Assembly: GCA_964016885.1 (NCBI GenBank)
Contig: OZ024747.1
Location: 88,536,001 to 88,600,000 of the forward strand
Length of the DNA stretch: 64,000 nt
Source: Eledone cirrhosa
Lineage: Eukaryota
Direction of reading: 5' to 3'
Shown: positions 48,202 through 62,511 of the stretch, piece by piece
Position numbering within the stretch: position 1 is the stretch's first letter
Layout of the letters: each line of letters opens with the position of its first letter
The notes under the pieces: generated by a model
The model's input: the letters and a program-made list of their open reading frames with translations, nothing else
What the model was told of the DNA's origin: nothing
Databases searched by the model: none
Program-made: the position numbers and the translations under genes

Positions 48202-49038
48202 AAAGATAACAAGGACGATTGGTTACTCCTTCATTACATTTATTGGTTGGTGACGCGCGTTTCGCCACTGATCAGTTCAAGGTTCGATCTGTATCGATCT
48301 TACCCAACTCTGCAATCTGCGGCTCGTTGAACCCCTTGTGATGCTAGTAGAAAATGAATACATGCTGTATGATAAAGTCAGAAGTTCATATGTTGGTCAA
48401 TAAAGTGACATAATTATAAATTGTAGACACACCAGGTTGAACACCTTCTCTGCACAAACATTCGGCCGAGAGCCCCACACTAACCCTGACTCAACATAGT
48501 GATAATCACATTTACCTTGCCACACCGTCCCTCATCTCAGTGCATTTGTCTTATATAACATGTAACCTTTTGTAAGTTCAGATTTTGTAAATATCATGTC
48601 GCATCCATCACCTCCACCAACAGACACATCGCCATACATCCCTCATCTCAGTACCTTTGTGTTCTATCTGTCCTCTCTGTCAGGTTTTACCTTGTAAACC
48701 ATCGTAACATCTGATCCTGTAAATACAATGTCGAACATATCACACCACCACCACCATACACATACACATCGGTATACGTCCACCATCCCTCATTCACAAC
48801 CTTGTTTTCCCCGTGTTCTCTATTTTTTAACCTGTAATGCATCGTAAAATTCGATCCTGTAAATATTTTGTAGCACACACCACCTCCGCCACCACCAGAC
48901 ACACCGCCATACTTCAGCAATCATCAACATCACCAACACATATCATCCCTCCCTAAATAACGCATGTGTGTGTGTGTCTGTGTGTAAGTATATTTATTTG
49001 TACAACGCCATCTCCACTGGCTCTCTATCTCTCCCTCC

Positions 49039-49071
<33 letters not shown>

Positions 49072-49693
49072 CACACATGTGTATGTATACAACGTATTTG
49101 TCAGACTAAGTGTGTCTATGTATGTATCTCCTTATTGAAATTGACACCACCAACACATTGATCACACCACCATAAACACCATTGCCACAAACAACAACAC
49201 CACACCCATACCACACACAAAAATCAGCCTCAACTACATGCCAATCTATCTACCGACAACCAGCACCCGCACACCACCGCCCACTTCAGCCTCCCTGAGA
49301 CCGTCACCACCATCTTATTACCACCCCCACCCCCACTACACTACAGGCAAAAACATCCCTATGAACTATTCCACCAATCAAAACAAACTTTATTGACCAA
49401 CATATGAACTTCTGACTTTATCATACAGCATGTATTCATTTTCTACTAGCATTACAAGGGGTCCGACGAGCTTCAGATTACAGAGTCGGGTAAGATCGAT
49501 ACAGATCGAACCTTGAGCTGATCAGTGGCGAAACGCGCATCACCAACCAATAAATGTAATGAAGGAGTAACCAATCGTCTTTATCTTTTCACTATATTAC
49601 ACTTTGTCTAGCTCTACACCTCAACACTGAAGTGAACCTAAACATCGAGTGCTCACTCGGGTGAACCTACACTAACTCCAAGTTACACTCCCT

Positions 49694-49695
<2 letters not shown>
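48194..49695 (+). mobile_element. Family C element: ~210-bp inverted pLTR-like repeats plus 100-nt tail, in (TA)n
   Basis: 48194-48406 / 49387-49596 inverted; tail 49597-49695; interior has three degenerate ~120-140-bp units (48528-48915). Confidence 0.75.
49458..49545 (+). ncRNA. Hammerhead-like motif, family C
   Basis: CCGACGA 49463-49469, long helix II, GAAACGCGCAUC 49530-49541, AATAAA 49549; mirrored copy 48249-48335 (-). Confidence 0.5.
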
Positions 49696-49777
<82 letters not shown>

Positions 49778-50340
49778 TGTTATACTTGGGGAGGGTCATA
49801 TTTGTGTAATATTGCCAGAATTAATAACAGAACACACTCACTGTTTGGTTGGTTTTCGCTTTTCCTTTCTGTGTCTTTTATATCGGTAACCTAATTTACT
49901 CGGTCCTCAATGTTGCCATTGACTGACCGACGGTCAAAAATAATACAGATACAATATGGACACAAACACATATATATAGTTTATCATAAATCTTTCGTTG
50001 CACATCTGCAACACCGTCAGTGGTGCTATTATTTCCTCCCGTTGTATTGTATGTCTACGCCATTTTTATTCAGTCTGTCTATATATTTATTTATTTATTT
50101 GCTTGTTTGTTTATTTTATTTTGTCTTCTTTGCGCATGCGTTTGCGTGTGTGTATAGTGTTTTGTTTGATGTGTGATGTGTGTTCATGATTGGGTGACTA
50201 ATGTGTGTTTATGTGCTTGTGTATGTATTTATTTATTTATTTATTTATTTTATTTTATTTATATATATATATGAATGTGGGTAATATTGAATATTATCCA
50301 ATTACAATTATGAGAATAGCTCAATATGAAATAACAAATA

Positions 50341-50525
50341 TAATTGTTTTTACTTTTGGTACAAGGCCAGCTATTACCCCAGTGTATTACTGGTACTTTA
50401 TTTTATCGACCCCGTAAGGATGAAAGGCAAAGTTAACAACGGCAGGATTTGAACTCAGAATGGCAAGAGCCGTAACTCAATGCGTCAAAGCATGGCGTTT
50501 GACCCTCTAACAATACTGCCAATCC
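50341..50525 (-). mobile_element. tRNA-derived SINE (dominant family), full length
   Basis: Consensus match. Confidence 0.9.
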
Positions 50526-51089
50526 AGAGCCGGAATACTTTATAAATAACAATCAAAGATTGTTTAAGAACATTTAATTACTAACCATCGTTTCATCTAA
50601 GCACAAGGCAGTATTCATCGGAGTACAAATCAAAGGTTAAAACACAGGTAAACTTGTCAAAGAACATTCTGGGGATACACAATACGGGAAGAAAAATTAA
50701 ATAATAAATATTAACATGCATAAAAGAAACGAAAGCAAAGATAGAAGAAACATATTAAAAATATGATCAAATAAATATAAATAAGAGCAGCTAAAAGCAT
50801 TAAAAAACTTTAAAACATGCGGGTATAGAGAAATATGCTGCTATAATGAAGTTAAGGATAATGCAAGGCATCTAACATAATAATAAATTTACATATAACA
50901 TAAGCATTACAAAAGTTTATAAAAGCTAATGCATAGATCAAATATAAATTTAAGAATGTAAAAATACATCTTCAAAATATATTTTTAATATATTTTTAAT
51001 AAAAAGTCCTACTACATCTTTCAGTCGTCGTAAGTATATAGATAATCTATTATACTATTCAACTTTATATATATATACATATATATATG

Positions 51090-51368
51090 TAGTAAGGTTG
51101 CTTGGATGCGTCCATAGGCGGTATGCCAGTTGAGCACTCTATGCTCCTTCGGAGCAGAGTATAATAATATGGAAAACGAAGAATCAATGATGCATCGGAA
51201 CACTATTTATTAGAGGATTTGCTTCGAAATCACTAGACGTATCTGAGGAACTTGCGAATCCAGAGTCAGGTTCGATCCACAAACAGATCGCACCTCGAGC
51301 TGTTCGCTGGAGAAACAATAGTAATACGTAATAAATTGTGTCCCGATGCATCACTGATTCTTCATTTT

Positions 51369-51374
<6 letters not shown>
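51090..51374 (+). mobile_element. (TA)n-embedded element with 46-bp inverted repeats around a hammerhead
   Basis: IR 51167-51212/51329-51374; tail 51090-51166. Confidence 0.7.
51237..51329 (+). ncRNA. Type I hammerhead ribozyme motif with extended helix II
   Basis: Helix I ACGUAU/AUACGU, CUGAGGA 51243-51249, GCGAA/UUCGC in helix II, GAAAC(AAUA)GUA, predicted cut after 51323, AATAAA 51330. Confidence 0.7.
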
Positions 51375-51431
<57 letters not shown>

Positions 51432-51638
51432 GAGAGAGAGAGGGGGGAGCGAAGCGGCAGGGATCCTAGAAAGAGGGATAGTGTTCTTTGCGGCATTCGT
51501 TCGGGCGCTCTGCTCTCGCAGTTCAAATCTTACCAAGGTCAATTTTGCCTTTGGTCAATTCTAGGTCGATAAAAATATACCAGTGTAGTACTGAGATCGA
51601 TTCTTCCCTCCACCTCTCTTTCTCTCTCTCTCCCTTAC

Positions 51639-51663
<25 letters not shown>

Positions 51664-51669
<6 letters not shown>

Positions 51670-52490
51670 TAACAGATAATAGTTTAAGCAAAGAATCGTT
51701 GGTTTCACCCTTAACGGGTTCTTCTGAAACTTAAAAAGTCAATCTGTGAACACAGAAGTAAATATTTCAAAAAACGTTGCAACCGAAGGGAGACAGGAAG
51801 ACGATACTTTGGTTCGTGGGAACGTTTCCTGGCAAAGAACGGGAAAAAACGAAGATAAACGTCATAATTTGGTGCGGTGAAAACAATTATACGCAAAGAC
51901 AAAACCACGTTTATGGTATAAAAGAAGTCGTAGACTAATATTCTATTAGGTGGTTCATGGAGACGTTCTCTGACAATGAAGGGAAAAACCAAGATAATAC
52001 GTCATTATGTGGAGCAGTGAGAACAATTACACGCAAAGATAAAACCACGTAAATGGTATACCTGAAGTCGTAGACTAAAATTCTATTTAGGAAACCGAAT
52101 GATTCTCGGCTTCAGAGTTAAGAATAAAGTTAAAGTAAATAAAATACAGAGGTAATTGAAATTAAATATATACATACACGCATCCATATATCCATATACG
52201 TACGTACACAAGCATACGCGAAAACACTCGCCATGAGTATGCAAATACAAGCACGTACACAAAAAAAAACAAAAAAAACACGCACGCACATACAGAACCC
52301 ACGCAACGTCTGTACCGGCACACATACGAACGTATACAAAAAATACACATAAAAATATATATAATATATTCTTTGCTTAAACTTTAATCTGTTATTTTAA
52401 TAAATATTTGCTCTGCGGTTCTTATATATCTGATATATATTTATCCTTATCGAGCCCTCTTTGGATTTTAGTCTTCAAATTTATTATTAT
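51664..52490 (-). mobile_element. Family B composite element with internal 140-bp tandem duplication
   Basis: Family B end at 51664-51735 (-), inverted piece 52369-52402, upstream piece 52410-52480 (-); repeat 51811-51951/51952-52091. Confidence 0.6.
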
Positions 52491-52493
52491 TAT

Positions 52494-52709
<216 letters not shown>

Positions 52710-52710
52710 A

Positions 52711-52899
52711 AACGAAGGAATTGTGGTAAGGAACCAGATGGACCATAACGCACCAAAGTACTCAATACTTAGGGTAGTAGAGTGGGTAATAGGAACAAGT
52801 ATGACCCCGACGGCAGAGCTCAAGCCGTTTCGAAGGCTATTTCTGGACTGAAATAGCCGTCGAAACGGCTTGAGCTCTGCCGTCGGGGTCATGCTTGTT

Positions 52900-52903
<4 letters not shown>
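52711..52903 (-). mobile_element. Family A element
   Basis: Tail plus palindrome, (TA)n flanks. Confidence 0.8.
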
Positions 52904-52958
<55 letters not shown>

Positions 52959-53973
52959 AGAAATGAATATTGTTTTTTACAAAAACAATATCAAAAAATT
53001 ATAAAGTTTATTGGAGATGTTAAAGACAGCTCAAAATAGAGTAATTTATCATAGAATCAATACAATAGACTATGTATCATACTCCTTTGAAAGAATTTTC
53101 CAAAAAGGCCTGTATACAAACTCCTATCGTACTAAAAATAACAATTGCACTAGAAACGAATTATTCATTAAGATAGACGCCAATACAATTAGTACATTAA
53201 ATGCTGATTTACGAATGTTTCATCCCCTTCCTGGGACTTTTCAAAACCAGTTATTTAATAATAAATGCTCATTATAAATCTGACCAAAGCAATCAACAAC
53301 CAGCAGTTACAGAGAGTGTTTACATTTTAAAAAAAATTGGAAATGACGCCATTTTGTATAGGAAAGCGATATTGTTCAACTACAGAAATACAACGTCAAA
53401 CCACCCTAGCACATTACTTTAGAAACTAATTTTTAAAAAATGTTTGTATGATATGTGAATGTTATTTTTGTATGTATGGGCTTACCTCTTTCTATTCTAT
53501 ATTTTTTATTTTATTTTTTTTAATGTTTTTACATATTTATTTGTATGTGTGTATATATATATTTCTATATATATACATTTTTTTATATTTTATGTGTTGG
53601 TATTTTTGGATATGACTGCATGGGTAGTAGTGCGTAAGTATATTTGTATTTTTATATGTGGGTGTGTATATGTATGTATGTGTGTATATGTGCGTGTATA
53701 TATATATATATTTAAATGTTCACACACACACATAAATATATGTATTTGTACATATATGTATATGAGCGTATGTATTTGTATGTGATTATGTATATATAGG
53801 TGGGTGTATATCTCTATATATACGTGTATATATTTATATGTGCGTGTATATATTTATATGTGCGTGTATGTATGTTATTTGTGTACATATAAGTGGGTGT
53901 ATATCTATATATACGTGTATATATTTAAGTATGTGTGTGTGTATGTAGGTAGAGGGGAATATATGTGTCTATT

Positions 53974-54013
<40 letters not shown>

Positions 54014-54035
54014 TGTATGCATATATCTATATTTG

Positions 54036-54102
<67 letters not shown>

Positions 54103-54106
54103 ACAT

Positions 54107-54183
<77 letters not shown>

Positions 54184-54325
54184 TAAATAAATACATTATC
54201 GAAGAAAGCTTTTAGCGATACTCCGGCCAAATTCTAACTCACTCAACAAACATTAGGAAATAAGTGAGTATATTCCTAATTAAGCGTTCGGAAAATTGGC
54301 TGTATTATTTCATATGAGACACATC

Positions 54326-54406
<81 letters not shown>

Positions 54407-54811
54407 ATGTACTTCAAATAACTAATGTGATATATAAATTTTCAATGCAAATATAAGCAAAATTGTTTCATCGGTCATGCAAGAATTACACTTTCCCATC
54501 GGTTAACTATGCACTGAAAACAAGAAGCCATTTAAAATATTTTCATACATATGCAAAAAATAATGGCATGCTATATAGAATGTTCCACACAATACAATGT
54601 AGACCAGTTATGGAGGATCTACTGATACCAGAATACAAACTAACAAAGAACACGCAGATACAGCATACGTGAAACCAATTATAATAATTGCCATATTTCA
54701 ACCGTTTTATCATGCGCCCACGATCACTTACCACTCCCATCATATTTTACAACCACTGCTATGACAAATCATGTAGGTTTCGAAACGGTAATAAATACGT
54801 TCCAAACTAAG

Positions 54812-54936
<125 letters not shown>

Positions 54937-55877
54937 TGGGGCTGCGACCGTGTGCATTAGACAGGCTACGTGAGATGCGAACAATTTTACTCTTCATGAA
55001 TGTTCATTTTCTCTAGTGCTGAACTAAATTACTAAAGTGACAGATAAGAGATATCTCTTTCTGTGTTGTCCTCTTTTATTGAGAAATAGCCATATACCTA
55101 CTGAAAATCCTAGTTCAACAAAAATATATTAGAACAACCAACATTTGGTTTTGGTAAATACTTTCTTTGAAATTCTTCATCCAATTTCGTGCTTTATAGA
55201 TATTTGATGTGCAGGTCATCATCATAACAGAAGCATTATTGTTTTATTCGTCTTTATTAAACATCTGCGTTAAGATTCCTTAAAAGCTGTCAATCAAATG
55301 TTAATGAGAAAACTATCAGACAGTAAATTCCAGCAATGAATGCTTTCATATATGTCCTCATAGAGAGAATTGCAATGGGCGAGGTGATTTCTTCATACAT
55401 CACAATATGCGTTTTAGTTTTCAAGCGGCGTATTAATTAATTACATGGCTGGTTAGATTAGTCATCATGTTTAGCGATAATGATCTAATACAAAGCACTA
55501 GGAATACGGTATTAAACAAGACGGCAGCCATATTTTAATGACAGGGAACAAATTAGTCAATAACGAAAGATTAAAGCTTTGTTTAAGCTCAATAATAATG
55601 TTTGTAGAAGACAGAAGGTGAAGTGACAGTGAAGAAGTGGTTTATAGAAATTATTTCTTCCTTTTTGGTGATATTGTTTTTAATTAAAATTCATCGGAGC
55701 GATAAATATCAAATAGTATGTTAATTTACTTCATTAATCAACGAAATCTCACATTGTGAGGTTTTAACAATATAATATATCAAATCCAAATATATTTCAA
55801 ATAAATTTACATTATAATAATAATTGTTTCTACTTTTGGCACAAGGCCAGAAATTACCCAAGTGCATTACTGGTACC

Positions 55878-56300
55878 TTAATGCCCCGATCATAACTGGT
55901 TTCACTTTCACGTTAACCTCTTGTATTCCAAATAGTCTTGCCAACCCCACTTTCAATTCGGAGTACTTGGTGATTTTTTTCAAATCTCCTTACTCGCAAT
56001 ATTCGTGTCATCTGACAGTATTTATCTTTTTTGTTCAATTCAACCATGTCCGGTCGGTGATGCCCAATTACTCTATCAGTTTAAAAATCATATTCCCAGA
56101 ATATCATTGCTTTCCAATCCTCTTGCATGACTTTACAAGGCACATGCTCATACCAATTCTCTATGACTTCATATTGGTATTTATGACACAAAAGGCAATG
56201 AAGGAATAGACAGACTATATCATGGCGGCGCTTGTATTTTTTTTATGCAAGGCTCTCACATCCACTTAACAAGTGGGTTACATTTTTCCCATTCACATAG
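55878..56300 (-). mobile_element. R4/Dong-clade non-LTR retrotransposon, restriction-like endonuclease fragment
   Basis: LH.LLCHKY..NWYEHVP..MIFW..TDRVIGHHRPDMV..KITKYSELKVGLARLFG..VKPVMIGAL. Confidence 0.8.
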
Positions 56301-56324
56301 CATTATTATTATTATTATGGTGGT

Positions 56325-56510
56325 GGTGGATTGGCAGTATCGGTAGAGGGTCGGACGTCATGCTTTCCAGCATAGTTACGTCCCTTTACGGTCTGAGTTC
56401 AAATCCCGCCGAGGTTAACTTTGCCTTTCATCCTTACGGGGTCGATAAAATAAAGTACCAGTAATGTACTGGGTAATTGCTGGCCTTGTGCCAAAAGTAG
56501 AAACAATTAT
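56325..56510 (+). mobile_element. tRNA-derived SINE (dominant family), full length, clean copy
   Basis: A box TGGCAGTATCGG, B box GAGTTCAAATCC, core, tail then (TTA)n. Confidence 0.92.
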
Positions 56511-57549
56511 TATTATTATTATTATTAGTAGTAGTAGTAGTAGTAGCAAAAGTAGTGGTATTTTACAGAAGTTGTGGCTATTGCTGGTGATGTTTGTGAT
56601 GGGGTTGTTGTTGAAATAGTTGTTGCTGTCTGTCAAGACTTCAGCACTGGTAGTTGGAGTGTTGGAATGTATTCTGCTTTTCAACGTTAACACATGTTTC
56701 AAATTCTTTTGCGTATTGGGGGGTGGTTTTGCCGGATGTTGCTGTTGTTGTTTTTGTTGATGGTGCTATTTTTATTGCTATTTTTTAAATACTTTTTCTG
56801 GTCATATCAACTATTGCTTTCTTGTCGCTCATTTTGCATTTTGTTGTTTTATTTTTCTTTCACTCGAGGGATTGGTTTTCTGCCCCCCCCCCCCCCACCC
56901 CCCTCTCTCTCTCTTTTTGAGATGCAACCATTATGTATGTATGCCTGTATGTATGTATGTTCACTTCTTCAGTATGTATATATGTTCATTATTCAGTCGG
57001 AATATCAAGCGAATGCATGTTTGGTCGCAAGTTTAGATTCTTGTTTGAACCTATATTAACTAGTTTGTGTATTTTCTTAACGATCTACTGCCATTTATTT
57101 AGCTGTAAACTATATGATGTTGGATTATTTTTCGAATTATCTGTTTTCGCTTTGTCTGTAGTGCAAGCTTTTTTAATTGAACTACCGATATTTTCATATC
57201 TAATCAGCGTGGTCAGCATCGATGCTTCCTCGCTTGATCAAACTGTTTAAATTGAACCAATCAAGAAAGAAATGTATAACACGTGAGCTGCAGGCCTTAT
57301 AAATCACACAGTGATCAAATATTTGCTTTGTAATTGCTTTTGAATGAAACGTGATGTTAATAATATATTAAGTCATAAAACATTATATTTACAATCAAAC
57401 AAAATTGTGCATGAAAAATTATTTCTCATGTATTTCTTTTCTAATAAATTTGATTTATCTTACATATTGTTCTTCTGCATGTATTTATCGGGATCTGTCC
57501 GAATGACGGCACTAAATGCAAGCTGAATAAAAAGTATTTAAGAAAACTA

Positions 57550-58108
57550 TTGGGTTGTAACAAACGTTCATAGCGTTTTTTGTGGGGTTTTTAAGTGAGA
57601 TTCATTACGAATACTTAAATAGTTGTACATATCTTTATTCAACCACATATTTTCCATTTTGTTCCTCAACCGTTCGAAATCTTTGAGGCGACTTCAACAT
57701 TCCATCCACCCAGAACTTGATATCTTTCTGGGTTATGAACTACGCTAGGTGGTTTTTGCAGTTTTCTATAGAATCAAAGTTATTCCCATTAAGAAATTGT
57801 TATAGGGATGGGAATAGATAATAATCCGAAGGTGCAAGTTAAGGTGAATATGGTGGATGCGGTAGGACATCCCAACCCAGCTGGGTCTGTAAAGAAACGT
57901 GCAGTCTAGGTGTTGTCTTGATGTATAGCCACACCCTCCTGATTTGCTAATTCTGGACGTTTTTTGATCGATTACCTTCTTTAATCGGTCTAATTGAGAA
58001 TAATTTTGTGGAAGGAGCTCATAATATGTAGTACCTTTCTAATCCCACCAGATACAGAGCATTACTTTCTTCAGATACTGACCGGCTTTGGGAATGGTTG
58101 AAGGTGGT
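57550..58108 (-). mobile_element. Mariner transposon remnant (transposase C-terminal half plus one TIR)
   Basis: KKVMLCIWWD..YYELL; HQDN; LGWDVLPHPPYSP*LAPSDYYLF..L; TA+TTGGGTTG terminus at 57548. Confidence 0.9.
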
Positions 58109-58318
58109 ACATTGACAATATCGGTAGAGCGTCGGACAACCTGCTTTATGGCGTAGAGTTACGGCCCTTTACGATCTGAGTTCAAATCCTGCCGAGATTA
58201 GCTTTGCCTTTCATACCTATAGGATCGATAAAGTAACGTACCAGTAATACACTGGGGTCGATTTAGCCTACTTTCCCCTCCACAGCAATTGTTGGCCTTG
58301 TGCTTAAATCAGAAACCA
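58108..58318 (+). mobile_element. tRNA-derived SINE (dominant family)
   Basis: Consensus match; truncates the mariner remnant. Confidence 0.85.
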
Positions 58319-58794
58319 ATATATATTAAAGGTAATATTCTATAATTTATCTAAACTTTACAAAGCTTATAACTTTATAACTGATGTTGCTCAGTGTGTT
58401 ATGGAAAGAGAACATAATATAATTTAAGATGTCAATGATAGATAATTCTTACTCAGTTGGCTGAAGCAATATCATACATTATTCATTTATAAAGACTATC
58501 TCATTCCATCATTAATTCCAAAATCTTAAAATAAAATGTCACCTAATTAACTTATGTCTCTTGTTTGAGATTAACGACAGATTTAAACATTAGTTTAAGT
58601 TGAACAAATCCCAATGCACTTCACGTCGCCTATATCCAGACTCGTTTAAATAAGTAGAACACAATATACTAAAGTCTATTTGATTGGCTATACTCCTTCT
58701 ATGAAACGTATAGTCCTCTATCAATTTACACATTTCTGTTCCTCTTTGTTGTTACCGTTGGTAGTGGTGGTGGTGGTAGTAGCATTATATATAT

Positions 58795-58827
58795 ATATAT
58801 GCGTCCGTCATATATATATATACATAC

Positions 58828-58872
<45 letters not shown>

Positions 58873-58999
58873 TCCGTCATATATATATACATACATTTAT
58901 ATATATATATATATATATGCGTCCGTCATATATATATATATACATACATTTATATATATATATATATGCGTCCGTCATATATATATATATACATACATT

Positions 59000-59030
<31 letters not shown>
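58795..59030. repeat. Minisatellite ATGCGTCCGTC(AT)nACATACATTT(AT)n x4
   Basis: Direct reading. Confidence 0.9.
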
Positions 59031-59032
<2 letters not shown>

Positions 59033-59297
59033 GCGTGTGGGGTGGGGGCTTTACCAGTGGTATATATTGCGTAACATAACGGTTCAACAAAATGTGATCG
59101 ATAAATACTAGACTTGGAAAACAATTACTGGGATCAATATAATCATGTTTAAGATAGTGCCACAGCATGGCCATAATCTAATGATTGAAACTAGCATTTG
59201 AATAAAGTCATTGTTTATAATGAAGAATCTCATTAAAGTCGAAACTTCGATGTCATTACCATATTTTTCTTCGAAAAATTATATATATATATATATA

Positions 59298-59341
<44 letters not shown>

Positions 59342-59461
59342 TGTGTTTGTGTGTGTGTGTTTGTGTGTGTGTGTGTTTGTGTGTGTTTGTGTGTTTGTGT
59401 GTGTGTATGTGTGTGTTTGTGTTTGTGTGTTTGTGTGTGTGTGTGTGTGTGTGTTTGTGTT

Positions 59462-59538
<77 letters not shown>

Positions 59539-59837
59539 TCTTATGTGTGAGGGTATTAATTTACTTTGAAGTGACTGGCGCCAGTAAATATATATATTCT
59601 AGCTTTACAGAACCTAAATTATTACTTTCCTTTACGATTCGCTCAGGAAGAACTATCAAGCCATAAAACACAATGATTTGATATTTATATAACTTGAAAT
59701 AGCGAGATCAAAACATTAATATTACAATCTTATATATTTGTGGTTTTTACAGGATAAAAATTACAGCAATACAGTGATAAATAGAACGAGGAAAGGTGGC
59801 ATGTACAGCCCTGTAAACATAAACATTCTTCTGTACA

Positions 59838-60000
59838 ATAATGGTTTCTACTTTAGGCACAAGGCCAGCAATTACCCAGTGCATTACTGGTCCTTTATTT
59901 TATCGACCCCGTAAAGATGAAAGGCAAAGTAAACCTCGGCGGGATTTGAACTCAGACCGTAAAGGGACGTAATTATGCTGGAAAGCATGGCGTCCGATTC
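59838..60000 (-). mobile_element. tRNA-derived SINE (dominant family)
   Basis: Consensus match. Confidence 0.85.
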
Positions 60001-60385
60001 TTCTGTATGGTTTCTGATATTGGCACAAGGCCAGCAATTTTGAGGGAGGAGAAAGTTGACTAAATGGAGCCTAGTGCATCACTGTTGCTTTTATTTTATC
60101 GACCCCGTGCAGAAAGGTTTCGTCGTTCTGCGCACATCTCGGGCATGGCCGTCAGTCTACACATCCGTGCCTTTTGATTTTCCCTCGAACCGGCAGTGCT
60201 CCGCGGTCGCATTGCCACATGAGGGATTTCTGGTAGATTTCATAGTCCCCAGCTCTAAAGTTCTCCGGAACAGACTGGTCAGTTCGATATCACCGATTTC
60301 CAAAGCCTCTCCAAGAGCCTCGTCGAGCTTGCCCGCCACTAACTAATGTTTATTCTCCAGTTATAATACAAACATTTCTTTAATA

Positions 60386-60657
60386 ATGATTTCTACTATA
60401 GGCACAAGGCCAGCAATTTGGGGAGAGGGGAAAGTCGATTAAATCGACCCCAGTGCCATACTGGTGCTTTATTTAATCGACCCCGTGCAGAATGGTTTCG
60501 TCGTTCTGCGCACATCTCGGGCATGTCCGTCAATCTACATATCCGTGAAGCAAAGCTAACTTTGGCGGGATTTGAACTCAGAATGTAAAGAGCCATAACT
60601 CTATGCTACACAGCATGTTGTCCGGCGCACTATCGATACTGCCAATACATCGCCCTA
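60386..60657 (-). mobile_element. SINE carrying a 61-nt foreign segment (60487-60547)
   Basis: SINE consensus on both sides of a segment also present at 60109-60169. Confidence 0.8.
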
Positions 60658-61221
60658 ATCACTCATAATAATGTTTTTTGTTGTTTGCTCAAAGCTGTCT
60701 TGATAACACAGACCTATCATCAAAGACATTCTAGCTGTGATTATTTTCCGGAGGGTTTATCTATGACTGCATTATCCCACGTGTCCCTTATTTATGAAAG
60801 ATGGCGGGATATGTTACAAGAGACAGTTTGTAGCTATTCCAAGCAGGTTGAATGATAGTGTCGATATGTTTTACAATGACAACGGTAATGGTTATAAAGG
60901 TTGTGATAATGTTAATAATTTGTAGCGTTATCAATAAATCCAGTTGTACGGGATCGAGTTTGAGGAATTGATTAAATTGAGATGATAGTGTTATTTTTGT
61001 AGTGTTGCTGATGTTGTTCATGATGTATTGGTGGATGGTTATTTTAAACAGCAATAATAAATCCAGGGTAAAAGGTTTGATCCCTGAACGTTACACAAGA
61101 TATAATAAGATATAAGTGAGGAGATAAAATGATTTGGTAGAAAACAGCACCAACTGCTAGAGGTACAAATTTAGAATAAATAAATAGCTATACTGCCTAA
61201 GTGCGAGAGTGTGTCCATGAA

Positions 61222-61260
<39 letters not shown>

Positions 61261-62019
61261 AGATCAGAACACAAAGGAACCAAACTCCCACTGTCACTAC
61301 CTCTGTCTCTCCAATGGTATGGTGGAAGTAGCCGCAGAGGGGATTCGTTGTTTGGATGACACGGTTAAATATGCTGATAATGCTGGTGAGAGTGCCCTCG
61401 GCTCTTTTGTTAATGGTATGTTGAGAAAATAATGTAACTGTTGCTTTCAAATTTGCATATACTGTAAATAGTATTCTAGAATAATCTTTAAAAAATACAA
61501 ACTTGAAATTATGGCAAAGAAATTTTGATTTAATTACATTTTAATAATTAGATTTACACGTATGTAAAATGTGTGTCAACTTCAAATGAAATCACAGTTT
61601 AAAATCAAATGACCCTTAAATATACAAATATTCAAACATTGATTCTAAACTGCAAGCTTCTTTTTATATGTTCAAAGTATGTCATATGCATACACAGTAA
61701 TAAATAAATATATGCCCTAAGATAGTCTTAACCGTAATGAGATTTACATTTCAAAATAAATTAACTTAATCCCAACGAAGGCAAGTTAAAGAAAAACTGT
61801 GTAATAAGTGTCTGAATTGGCAAGAATCGTAATGGTTTATCTTCTGGGAAAGTGAAATGCCAATCTGATTCCACGTGACAACACACCACCTTCATAATTT
61901 ATTCACCCTTCCCTGAAATATCAAACAAGTTTATAAAATAGATATACAACAAACGACATGCTACTTGCGTGATTATGTATCCGTGACACACACACACAAT
62001 ATATATATATATATATATA

Positions 62020-62083
62020 ACGAAGGAAATGTGGAATTAGCCGTCGAAACGGCTTGAGCTCAGCCGTCGGGGTCTTACTGGTT

Positions 62084-62087
<4 letters not shown>
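62020..62087 (-). mobile_element. Family A element, internally deleted
   Basis: Both ends retained, (TA)n flanks. Confidence 0.75.
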
Positions 62088-62151
<64 letters not shown>

Positions 62152-62511
62152 GAGAAGAAAGAAGAATACTGCGTGGTTGCACATGGGTTACATATGATAA
62201 AAATAGTCCCTCGTCAGTGATTTTCCAAGCATCATTGGTATTTCATCGCATTAAAAATCATATACTTCAGGTTGGTGCGAGCAATAACTAAAAAAAGTTA
62301 TTGGGACCAGTAAATCGCGTAAAGCGAGGGGGACAAGTGAACAACATAGAAGGATAAAAGCAAACCAAAGAAAGGAAAAAAACAAGCAACATGGTAGTCC
62401 TGGTCAGCATAAGCTGGGTGGATTTCATGAGCGAAAGGTACAGACGTCAGACGTGAGTGAGATGTAAGCAAGAAGATACCCACTGTAAGCCAAACGGGAG
62501 GAAGTGAGAAA

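Noticed and set aside
56325-56410. tRNA gene call for A/B-box regions
   Set aside because: SINE heads without a cloverleaf
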